Origin: Promethearchaeota archaeon
GTDB taxonomy: Archaea > Asgardarchaeota > Lokiarchaeia > Sigyniarchaeales > SOKP01
Assembly (NCBI GenBank): GCA_019057795.1
Contig: JAHLWS010000053.1
Coordinates: 1-64,000, forward strand
DNA length: 64,000 nucleotides
Direction of reading: 5' to 3'
The position numbers and the translations under genes are program-made. Each line of letters starts with the position of its first letter. Position 1 is the stretch's first letter. The notes beneath the pieces are model-generated. The model ran no database searches, was not told where the DNA came from, and saw only the letters and a list, made by a program, of their open reading frames with translations. Shown one piece after another: positions 29,245 through 39,000 of the stretch.

Positions 29245-31845
29245 ATGGCGCAAGAGACTGAGTATCCAAAAAGATTTAAATTCAACGATATTCAAAAAAA
29301 GTGGATACAATATTGGCGAGAAGAAAAAATTTATGATTTCGACATCAATCAAGAAGGCACTCTTTTTTCTATTGACACTCCTCCTCCTTTCGTGAGTGGT
29401 TCGTTACATATGGGACACATTTTGAATCATTCGTGGATCGATTTTGTAGCGCGATATCATAAAATGAAGGGCGAAAATGTTTATTTTCCTCAAGGTTTTG
29501 ATTGTCATGGCCTTCCAGTAGAATTAGCGGTAGCAAAAAATTATGGCGTTTCTAAGGATGATCGAGAGGAATTCTTAAAAAAATGCGTTGAATGGGTAGA
29601 TAACAATATAAAAAATATGACGAAACAGTTGGATGAATTAGGATATTCCACAGATTGGAGATATACTTATCGCACTATGGACGAAGAATATAAACGAAAA
29701 GTCCAAATTTCACTTTTAAATTTTTACGAAAAGGGATTACTTTACAGAGAGAAATTCCCGACGCATTTCTGCGTTAACTGTGAGACTTCAGTAGCGAAAG
29801 CAGAAGTGGGTTATAAGGAAGAAACAGGAAAGTTATGGTATATAAAATTATCCATAGTGGGAAGAGAAAACGAGTATGTTACCATAGCTACAACACGACC
29901 AGAGTATATGGAGGCTTGTGTTGCCGTTCTTATTAATCCAAATGATGATAGATACTATGATCTTTCTGCAGCAGAAGTAAAACTTCCTATTGCTAACCGA
30001 GATGTTCGTGTTTATATGAACGAAAATGTTGATATGAATTTTGGAACAGGAGTGGTTTATGTATGTACTTACGGAGATGAAATGGACATTAAATGGAAAT
30101 TAGAATATGACCTTAACGAAATTCAAATATTTACTGAAAACGGTCGTATGAACGAAAATTCTAAATACAAGGGACTTTCAATTATGGAAGCTCGAAAACA
30201 AATAGTAAAGGATCTTGAAGAGCTAAAATTAATAGAAAAAATTGATGACTATGAACACAGCATAATAATCCATTCAGAACGCTCGTCTTGTCGAACTCCA
30301 ATAGAATATCTACCAGTTTATCAGTGGTTTATTAATGTTAAAGACTTTACTCAAGAAATTATAGAATCTGCTGATTTGATGAACTGGTACCCGAAGAAAC
30401 ATAAATTACGATTATTGGATTGGGCAAACGGCTTAGATTGGAATTGGGTAATTTCCCGGCAACGCGTCTTCGGAACACCGATTCCTTTTTGGTATTGTGG
30501 TGAATGCAACGAGATTTTTCCTCCAAAAAAAGAAGATTTACCATTAGATCCAATTAAAATCCCTCCACCATTTGAAAAATGCCCTAAGTGCGGTAGCACT
30601 GATATCATTGGCGAAAAAGACGTCTGCGATTGCTGGATTGATTCTAGCATATCTCCCCTTGCCATGTCCAAATGGTTAGACGATGATGCTTTCTTCAAAA
30701 AAGCCTATTTAGAAGCTAAAGTTCATCGACCTCAGGGTTACGAAATAATACGGACATGGTTGTTTTATACGCTATTTCGGTGCAAGATATTAACAGGAAA
30801 AGCCCCTTTTTACGAAGCAATGATTAATGGTATGGTTTCAGGACCAGATGGAAGACATATGTCAAAAAGCCTTGGAAATTCTATTTCACCGGATGAAGTT
30901 ATGCCCAAATTTGGAGCCGACGCAATTAGACAATGGGCAGCGATGGGATCACTAGGAGACGATTATCCTTTTGAATTTACTTGGATAAACATTCATACAA
31001 AACAGCCAATTTCAAACGAAAACATCGAAAAAGAAAGAAAAAAACTCCCAGAAGACAAATTTAACAAAAAATATCGCAGAAATTTCGAGCAACTAATTGG
31101 AGCATCGCGATTTATCACTAAGATGTGGAACGCATACAGATTTTTGTTCCTTAATTTAAGAAACATCGAAGTTCCAAATTTACAGATCAAAGATAGCGAA
31201 TTATCCGAAATTGAAAGTTATTATTTTTTTGAATTTAATAAAGCTTTAAAAGAAGCTACAAAACATTTCGACGGATATAATTGGCACGAAGCTTTTATGG
31301 TATTACGAGTTTTTTTCTGGAACGAACTGTGCGATAATTACATAGAAGCAATAAAGCATAAATTCTATTCTGAAGATAAAAATATCGCACAAAACGCGTT
31401 AAAAAATGCACTGAGTTTATTTTACAAAATTTTAACCACATTCGCCTTTACAATGCCTTTTATTACAGAAGAAATTTACTCAATTCTCTATCAAAATTAT
31501 AGAGAGTTGAAATCGATCCATTTAGAAGCATGGCCGCGACCGTACGATAAAGTTTCTGAGGAGTTCGCGAATAGCGGAAAATTAGCAATTGAAATTATCA
31601 AAATTCTTAGAAATTGCAAATCTAAGCTCAAAATACCGTTAAATCAAGAAGTAGAAAGAATTATTATTTCCTCTAATAAGAATACGATAAACGAGATTGA
31701 AAATGTAAAAGCTGACATTATTAACACAATTAGAATAAAAAACTTTGAAATTATTGAAAGCAAAAAAGAAAAAGATATTAAAGAAAGTCCTGAACTTAAA
31801 GAAGATTACGAGGATTTAAATTTATCCTTGTTCTTTTTTAAATAA
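29245..31845 (+). CDS. valS: Valyl-tRNA synthetase (archaeal type)
   Basis: IDTPPP, LHMGH, GFDCHGLP, ATTRPE, WVISRQR, HMSKS. Confidence 0.95.
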   Translation: MAQETEYPKRFKFNDIQKKWIQYWREEKIYDFDINQEGTLFSIDTPPPFVSGSLHMGHILNHSWIDFVARYHKMKGENVYFPQGFDCHGLPVELAVAKNYGVSKDDREEFLKKCVEWVDNNIKNMTKQLDELGYSTDWRYTYRTMDEEYKRKVQISLLNFYEKGLLYREKFPTHFCVNCETSVAKAEVGYKEETGKLWYIKLSIVGRENEYVTIATTRPEYMEACVAVLINPNDDRYYDLSAAEVKLPIANRDVRVYMNENVDMNFGTGVVYVCTYGDEMDIKWKLEYDLNEIQIFTENGRMNENSKYKGLSIMEARKQIVKDLEELKLIEKIDDYEHSIIIHSERSSCRTPIEYLPVYQWFINVKDFTQEIIESADLMNWYPKKHKLRLLDWANGLDWNWVISRQRVFGTPIPFWYCGECNEIFPPKKEDLPLDPIKIPPPFEKCPKCGSTDIIGEKDVCDCWIDSSISPLAMSKWLDDDAFFKKAYLEAKVHRPQGYEIIRTWLFYTLFRCKILTGKAPFYEAMINGMVSGPDGRHMSKSLGNSISPDEVMPKFGADAIRQWAAMGSLGDDYPFEFTWINIHTKQPISNENIEKERKKLPEDKFNKKYRRNFEQLIGASRFITKMWNAYRFLFLNLRNIEVPNLQIKDSELSEIESYYFFEFNKALKEATKHFDGYNWHEAFMVLRVFFWNELCDNYIEAIKHKFYSEDKNIAQNALKNALSLFYKILTTFAFTMPFITEEIYSILYQNYRELKSIHLEAWPRPYDKVSEEFANSGKLAIEIIKILRNCKSKLKIPLNQEVERIIISSNKNTINEIENVKADIINTIRIKNFEIIESKKEKDIKESPELKEDYEDLNLSLFFFK

Positions 31846-31871
31846 TTCTTTTACCTACAATCTTTTTTAAG

Positions 31872-32594
31872 ATGACGAATAAAAATTTAATTGTTTTCGT
31901 CCCAGCTTATAACGAAGAAAAAAGCATTTTTAAATTGATTAAAGAAATACCCTCGTTCCCAAACGCTAACCAGAAAGTTATTGTTATTAACGATGGCAGT
32001 ACAGATAACACTTCAGCTACCGCTAAAAAAGCAGGCGCAATAGTAATATCGAATAAAAAGAACTTAGGTTTGGGTTATTCCTTTAAAATTGGATTAGTAG
32101 AAGCGTTAAAAGAAGGAGCAGATGTTATAGTGGTGTTAGACGGCGACGGTCAATATAACCCTAAACACATAAGTAAGTTGATTTGTCCAATATTACGAGA
32201 TGAAGCCGATTTAGTGCAAGGAAACCGATTTTTGGCTGGCGAGAGATACGAAAGTTCGTCAATAAAGAAATTAGGAAACAAGCTTATTTCGATCTTTTTG
32301 TCCACGATATTATTAAGACTGACAGAAGTTTACGATGTACAATCCTCTTTTAGGGCGTTTAATAGATCTTTAGCTACTGTTCTTGTGGACGAAATTGTAG
32401 GTAAGTACAATTACGCTCAAGAAATGTTTATAATAACGAGCCTACATGGGTACAAAATAAAACAAATTCCGGTCCAATGTTCGAAAAGAAGTTATGGTCA
32501 ATCAAGGTTAATCAGGAATCCTTTCATCCATTTAATTAAAATTCTCTGGGTTAGCTTAAGAACTTATTTGTTATTAAAATATTGGAAAAACTAA
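31872..32594 (+). CDS. GT2 glycosyltransferase (DPM1-like)
   Basis: PAYNEE, NDGSTD, LDGDGQY, GNRF. Confidence 0.93.
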   Translation: MTNKNLIVFVPAYNEEKSIFKLIKEIPSFPNANQKVIVINDGSTDNTSATAKKAGAIVISNKKNLGLGYSFKIGLVEALKEGADVIVVLDGDGQYNPKHISKLICPILRDEADLVQGNRFLAGERYESSSIKKLGNKLISIFLSTILLRLTEVYDVQSSFRAFNRSLATVLVDEIVGKYNYAQEMFIITSLHGYKIKQIPVQCSKRSYGQSRLIRNPFIHLIKILWVSLRTYLLLKYWKN

Positions 32595-32748
32595 ATCATA
32601 AGCTATGAAAATTTAATTCTATTCTAGAGATATTTTCTTCTTTCAATAAAAAATAGTGATCCTTTTATAAATCCATTATAAATTTATCATGCTAAGTGAA
32701 GTTATTATTATAAAAATTTCTAAAAATATTATTAAGGTGAAAAAAAAT

Positions 32749-32778
32749 ATGCCACATGCTGGAGACGCAGTTCCATAA
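32749..32778 (+). CDS. 9-aa micropeptide MPHAGDAVP
   Basis: AAGGTGA SD, then ATG CCA CAT GCT GGA GAC GCA GTT CCA TAA, then a long T-tract; shares DAVP-stop with 18872-18901. Confidence 0.72.
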   Translation: MPHAGDAVP

Positions 32779-32854
32779 GTTTATTTTAGCAAGAAAATAT
32801 TTTTTCCTTTTTTTTTTTTTGGTTTAATATCTCAATTTTCGATTTTTCGAAGAT

Positions 32855-34051
32855 TTATAAGTCTGAAGGCAATGTTTGTTCAGTAAGTAATCTACGAAAA
32901 TGCTTCGGAGATGGTCGATTGCCAAATTTTTCAGTGATAAGCCGTTCTCCTTGGTAAACTAATACATAGTGGGCCCACAATTCATCCGATATAAATTTTA
33001 ATATTGCTCTAATTCCTTTATCAGGAATCACTTTAAAACTCTTAGCATATCTTATTAGCTCATTCTCCGTCCATTTATGAACATACTTATGGTAAGCTAA
33101 ATTACTTTGAAATTTCGCAAATCCGCATCTAATTTCGTCCTGTCTAGTTAAAGTCTCTAAATTATCTTCAATTTTAGGATTGGGGTGAAGCTCTGCTAAT
33201 AAGATTTTCGCACTTTCAGTAGGATCAAATAAGACTTTTTCAGCTGTTACTCCAATTCCTTCTGAAATGACTATCTCTGGACTATAAATTAATAGAATAG
33301 AGCTTTCAAAATAACCTTTAGAGCGATACAAAAGCTTCTCTCGTGCTGTCCGTTCCGTGTGGTGTCCAGGATATCCCTCATGGCAAGCACTAGATAATAA
33401 ATGAGTCCAGTAATGAAATGTACTAATATTGATCTCTATTCTGGAGGCATAATTTCCTCTATACCAACAATACTTTGGCCAGCTTTGATCTTCTACTTCT
33501 AAAATGTCAATCTCTTCGTTATCTGGAAGCAGATTAGGAAAAACTTCTTGCGTTCGTTTTTGTGCAATACGAATTGCTTTCATATACAGCTCTTTTAAAC
33601 GACCTGATGGAATAGTCCTTTGTTTAGCATACCTTGCTATCCGTTCAGATAAAGTTCCTTTTCCCTTATACAATTTATCTGCTTTTGATGATAAATTATA
33701 AAAAAAGTTATCGTTATAAAATATTGGTTTAAAATCAAATAATTTCTCAACTTGCTCTAAATATGGAATTTTCTCGCCATTTAATGTTCTTAAAGTGGTT
33801 TCAATAGCAGTAAGAGTTTTATCAAGGAAATTAAGGCGCTTCTTTTCGAATCCTTGCTTTGGTAATTGAGCAATGAGAGCTCTACAATCTTTTAATAATG
33901 TTGTAGGGGAAATTTTTTCCTCTAAGTCCACTGTGTATTTAAGTTCTGGGGGCCCATAATAATGCTCAACATAACCATTTATATGTTTGTTGATCCTCAA
34001 TCCTAAACGCAGATATATTTTGGCAAAATCATTTAACTCCATATTGAACAA
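32855..34051 (-). CDS. DUF885-like zinc metallopeptidase-fold protein, paralog 2
   Basis: HEGYPGHH...ISEGIG; homologous to 19055-20272. Confidence 0.8.
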   Translation of the reverse strand: MFNMELNDFAKIYLRLGLRINKHINGYVEHYYGPPELKYTVDLEEKISPTTLLKDCRALIAQLPKQGFEKKRLNFLDKTLTAIETTLRTLNGEKIPYLEQVEKLFDFKPIFYNDNFFYNLSSKADKLYKGKGTLSERIARYAKQRTIPSGRLKELYMKAIRIAQKRTQEVFPNLLPDNEEIDILEVEDQSWPKYCWYRGNYASRIEINISTFHYWTHLLSSACHEGYPGHHTERTAREKLLYRSKGYFESSILLIYSPEIVISEGIGVTAEKVLFDPTESAKILLAELHPNPKIEDNLETLTRQDEIRCGFAKFQSNLAYHKYVHKWTENELIRYAKSFKVIPDKGIRAILKFISDELWAHYVLVYQGERLITEKFGNRPSPKHFRRLLTEQTLPSDL

Positions 34052-34124
34052 GCCAGTTTTGCTATTTTCTTTCTGTCTCTCTCTATTTCTCTTGATTAGT
34101 AGTAAATAGTTAACTAGTATTTTC

Positions 34125-34961
34125 TCAAAGACCTAGTTGCGATACCATCATTCTTTTCAGCTCTTCTTTATTTTTAGGCAAACCAAACATATCTGCATAC
34201 TTATCTGTTGTAGCCAATTCAGCTGACCTTCCTTTTTTTACTGCCGATATTAGATCGTTTTCTAAAAGGTATTTGACATGTTCGTAAGCCCCACTTCCTC
34301 TTAATTTAATAACAGTTGATTTTAAAATTGGTTGCTTCAACGCGATAATCGTTAGCGTTCTTAAGTAACGCTCAGCAATAGCGCCTCCTTTGGCGAATTT
34401 AGATACAGTTTCGGTAAGTTCGGGTCTAAGCTGCATCTGGTATTTTTCTCCAATTTGAGCGACAATTAACGCGCCAGAATGTTCTAAATAATCAAAAGCA
34501 ACAACTCTTACTAATTCTTCAACTTCTTTTTTGGGAATTTCTAATTTAGTTGATAATTCTTCGACATCAAGGGGTCTACCTGCTGCGTAAAGGGCGCCTT
34601 CTATTAGATTTCTCCGTAGTTCTTTTAATTGTATTTCTAAATCTTCTTTCGTGATTTCTGGGGTTATTTGGGGTTCTTCACCGTCTTTTCCTATAATTTT
34701 AGTTTCTAGTTCACTTAATCTTTCTTCTGATATTTCGGAACTTAATGTGTCTTCTTTAAATTCTTCTTTGGATTCTTTTTCGAGTACTTCTTCAATATAT
34801 TCATCAGTATCAATAGTATCCTCTATTTCTTCAGGAATCTTTTCTACTTGAGAGATATTTTCTTCTTCTATTTCACTTATATGTATTTCTTCCTTCTCTT
34901 CTTCTATTTCAGTTTCAATTTCAGGTAGTTTTTCTAGTTCTTTTTCGCTATTTTCGTTCAT
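34125..34961 (-). CDS. scpB: SMC-ScpAB subunit ScpB with an acidic N-terminal extension
   Basis: IEGALYAAGRPL, LTIIALKQPI, TTDKYADMFGL; last gene of the smc operon. Confidence 0.93.
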   Translation of the reverse strand: MNENSEKELEKLPEIETEIEEEKEEIHISEIEEENISQVEKIPEEIEDTIDTDEYIEEVLEKESKEEFKEDTLSSEISEERLSELETKIIGKDGEEPQITPEITKEDLEIQLKELRRNLIEGALYAAGRPLDVEELSTKLEIPKKEVEELVRVVAFDYLEHSGALIVAQIGEKYQMQLRPELTETVSKFAKGGAIAERYLRTLTIIALKQPILKSTVIKLRGSGAYEHVKYLLENDLISAVKKGRSAELATTDKYADMFGLPKNKEELKRMMVSQLGL

Positions 34962-34990
34962 AATTTATCGCCAAAATTATTTTATCAAAA

Positions 34991-35998
34991 TTATTTTCTT
35001 AAGTTAATTGAAATATTTTTAAAAACTTCTTCTTGTGATAGTATTAGCTTATTGCCCGTGGACAAGAACATAAGCGCCAAAAACATTCTTACTAAAGCAA
35101 ACTTTTTACCAAGGTCGCTTTCTTCTTCAGTATTAATAATTTTGGCTATATCAAAAAAACTTGTTTCTTTATCGTCAAGTTGTATTTTCGATTTAATGCG
35201 GTTAAACCAAGAATTGTGCAGTTCTTCTACCGTTTGTTCTTTTCCACTAATATGCTTCAAAAGTTCTTTTGGTAATTGAGCTTTTGATCTCATTTGAATT
35301 CTTTGTTGTTTTATTTCGTCCCTCCGCATTCTCCGTCGTTTTAATTTTTCTTTCTTTTGCATTGTTTCGATTATGGCAGACCTCATCGCGTCAAATAATT
35401 CATCTTTAGTGGAAATTAGCATTTTTGGCTGAATGGGTTGCGGTAAGGTCTTTGGAATTATTCGAGAATGTTTTTCCCGGAATTTCTCTAATTCTTCTTT
35501 TTTTTGAATTTGTTCTTCTTCTCTTATGATACTCGAAATTTTATAATGATGAAGTACTGCTGATGTTTTGAGAGCGATACCTGCAATTTTATAATTGATT
35601 AAATCTTCATGTAGCATATTATCGAAAAATTTATCTACCAAAGATGCTAAATCATAGAACGCAACATTAGATTCTTTTGCGACTTCGCTATCTAATAGCG
35701 AATTATAGGGGGGTTTTTGCCAAAATTTCAAATCTAATTTTTGTTTATGAATTAGTGTAGGATCATCTTCTTCGCCAGCAATTAATTCTTCTTCAATTAT
35801 TTCCTCCACATCTTCCTGTTCTTGAGTTCTATCGATAAATTCTGGATGAGAAGTTACCTTGCTTAAAAGCTTTATAATATCGTTCTTTTTGGACTTAGAA
35901 GGGATATTAATCTTATTTTTACTCGCAAATTCTCTTAATTGCTTAACACTCCATTCCGTGAAGGCGTACTTCTTTTCTGAGGCATTCTTTTCAGGAAT
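34991..35998 (-). CDS. scpA: Kleisin ScpA, probably with an N-terminal extension from an ATT start
   Basis: Between smc and scpB; C-terminal FLALMFL winged helix; frame is open 63 codons upstream of the tracked GTG (35809) to an ATT after AGGTG. Confidence 0.8.
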   Translation of the reverse strand: MPEKNASEKKYAFTEWSVKQLREFASKNKINIPSKSKKNDIIKLLSKVTSHPEFIDRTQEQEDVEEIIEEELIAGEEDDPTLIHKQKLDLKFWQKPPYNSLLDSEVAKESNVAFYDLASLVDKFFDNMLHEDLINYKIAGIALKTSAVLHHYKISSIIREEEQIQKKEELEKFREKHSRIIPKTLPQPIQPKMLISTKDELFDAMRSAIIETMQKKEKLKRRRMRRDEIKQQRIQMRSKAQLPKELLKHISGKEQTVEELHNSWFNRIKSKIQLDDKETSFFDIAKIINTEEESDLGKKFALVRMFLALMFLSTGNKLILSQEEVFKNISINLRK

Positions 35999-36030
35999 AA
36001 TATTACACCTAAAACTTTTAATTATTAATC

Positions 36031-39000
36031 TTAATTTTCTTCTACATTTGTGGGCACATCTGGAAGTTCAAGTAGCCTCTTGGCTTCTTCTTCCAAATCT
36101 ACGCTAAAGATATCGGTTATTCCACTTTGTTGCATGGAAACGCCATAAATTCGATCAGCATTTACAATATTTTCCTCTCTATGACTGATTACCATAAATT
36201 GTGCTTGTCTCGCAAATTCCTTTATAACTACACTGACTCTGTGCACATTTGGACCGTCTAAAGCGGCATCAATCTCATCCATGATGTAAAATGGAGCAGG
36301 ATAAAATTCTTGGACGGCAAATATAAAAGATAACGCAACCAAAGTTTTTTCGCCCCCACTAAGGATCTCCAAACTAGAGATACGTTTTCCACGAGGTCGA
36401 GCTTCAATACTAACCCCTCCCTCAAACGGTTTATCGGGGCGATCAAGAATCATTTTAGCAGATCCCCCGGGCGAAAGCTTCTGGAAAATGCGCGAAAACT
36501 CTCGGTTTATCTCGTGATATGATTTCATGAAGGTTCTAGTTTTTTCCAAATCAATCTTATCAATTGCGTCAAGTATAGATTTCCTTTCGCGTTGAATCGT
36601 CTGTCTCCTCATATCAATTTCGTTGAATCGCTCTTTTACAGTATCGTATTGTGTAATTGCCTTTAAATTAACGGGTTCTAGAGCTTTTTTCTTGTTATTG
36701 GCAGTAGAAATATCCGATTGCAGACCAGATTCAGATAAATCGTCAGTAACTGGGGGTAATGAGCCATAGTCTTTAGAGCGTTGATACAGCGTTTCAATTT
36801 GATCCGTGGTGATAATTTTTTTAGATTCGTAATTATTCAATTTAGAACGTTCCATAGAGTGGTCTGATTTAAGTTCATTCAATTGATTCTGATAATTTTT
36901 TTGTTTTTTCCAAGATATATCCTTTCCTTGAATTTCTTTGTTTATCTCTTCTTGCTTGAGGCTCCTTTTATCGTTTTCTTGGTTTAGATCGTTTTTAACC
37001 TTTTCAATATCTTTTAATATGGAATCAACTTGTTTTTCGGCATCTTTGATATCTTCGTGCAAGGATATAATTTTTTGTTCTCTTTCCTTATTTTTGTTTA
37101 ATTCGTTTAATTTAGCTTGGGATTTGTGAAGATCTTTGTTTAATTTATTTAATTTTTTCTGAGCTCTCTTCTGGGCGTCTAACTCTTTGTTTTTATCCTC
37201 ATGCATTGAATTTATTATTTGTTGTACCTCGTCAACTTTCTTTTGTACTCCGTCTACCTGAGAGTTAAGTCCTTCTGTCTCTTGATTACAACTTGTAATG
37301 CTTTTGCTTGCTTCAACATTTTCCTTAGATAAATCTTCAATTGAATTTATAATCATCATTACATTTTCAAGGCCCCTTAACTTATCCATGGTTGTTTCTA
37401 AATTCTTGTTCTGTTCATCAATTTGTGTTCTTAACTTTTCAGTACTTTCCCAAAAGTTGTCTTTTTCAGAAAGACGGGCTTCTATTTTTGAAATTATTGC
37501 GTCTTGCTCTAGCTTAAGATTCTTTATATTTTCTTCAGTATTGATTATAACATTTTTCTTCTCTTCTATATTACTATTTAATTCTTTTATATTACTTTCA
37601 ATTTCAATAATATCGTCGTAAAACGATTGGATACCTTGTAATTCTTGTAGCTTCTTTTGCAGCCCATCTAATTCTATTTGTTTGCCTTCAATATTTTTTT
37701 TAATTGTCGAAATATCGTCCCAATAAATGTTTTTTAACTGCTTTAAATTTTTAATCTCAGCCTCAAAGTTTTCTTTTTGCTTCTCTTCTACCACCAAGTT
37801 CCTCTGCTCAAGTTCATTTTCAGATTTCTTAATTTTTTCATTAATTTCGCTAATTCTTTTATTAATATCTTCTAGTCTTTTATTACAAGCAGAAAGATCT
37901 ACTGAATCGTGGTTATTTTGAGTGCTAATCACGCTTAATTTTTTGTCAATAGCATTAAAGTCGTTATTTTGAATATTAATATTTTCAGTGATTTCTTCGA
38001 GTTGTTTATATAAATCTTGGCTTTTCGACATAGTTAACTTTCTTAACGAAAGATATACATTTTCAAGGATCTCCATTAAATCTTGTACAAAGCTATCAAA
38101 GGTTGAGGTAGATTCTTGTATCTCCACATCTGCTGATTCTTTTACTTTATCTATTAATTGGTCTATGGTAGAATCAATGTTATCAGTAAAGAGTGCTAAA
38201 GTTTGAAGGATAGATTTAAGAGTTTCAGACATTTCAGAAGCATCAGATCTTTCTTCAACTTCAGAGCTAACTCCTTCAATAGTTTTCATAATATCAATTA
38301 TATCTAAAACAAATTGTTTAAAATTCGTTCCACTGGTTTCGATAGCTTCTGCGTTTGATTGTTGAATGTTGCCCTTTATTGATTCAACGGATATATTGAT
38401 GTTTTGAGTTAACATATTTAAAATCTGAAGGATTCCTGTAATATCTTCTGTGTTTCTTTCGTATTCTTCTTCTGTACTTTCAATCTTCAACAATAAATTA
38501 TCTTTTTCGGTTGAAAGTTCCCCCATGCGTCTTTGAATATTTTCTTTTTTCTTATTCAAATTTTGTGATTCTTTGTCTGTTTTAGTAAGGTTACCGCTTA
38601 AAGTAGACGATTTTAAATCCAATTCACGCTTTTCGCGTTCAAGATTTGTAAGTTCTTTTTTAATTAATTTTAATCTAGTATTGATATTTTCAATCCTAGA
38701 TTTGTTATCATAGATTTCATTTACGATAGAATCTTGTTTCATTAACAATAATTCTAAATTTTGTTCATTTTTTCTATAAGTAGAATCTTCTTCTTTTGCT
38801 TGTCTTCTAAACTCGTTAATATCTTTTAGTAAAGTATCTCTTTTTTTCAGCAATTCTTTTAAAACTTCTTCTGTATCTTTTCCTTTACTAAGGTTTTTAA
38901 TTTTATTTTCAGTAGCTACTTTTCTCAATTTTAATTTCTCAATACGGTCACTATTCATTTTAATTTCTGTATTTAATGAGGATAGCATAGAGTTGAAATC

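Noticed and set aside
31872-32594. GT2 as a tailoring enzyme for the adjacent micropeptide
   Set aside because: Looks like an ordinary DPM1-like enzyme following valS and has no counterpart at the other peptide locus; not excluded but unsupported
29137-34051. tRNA-anchored integrated element
   Set aside because: No integrase and no duplicated tRNA 3' end noticed; the next gene is housekeeping valS
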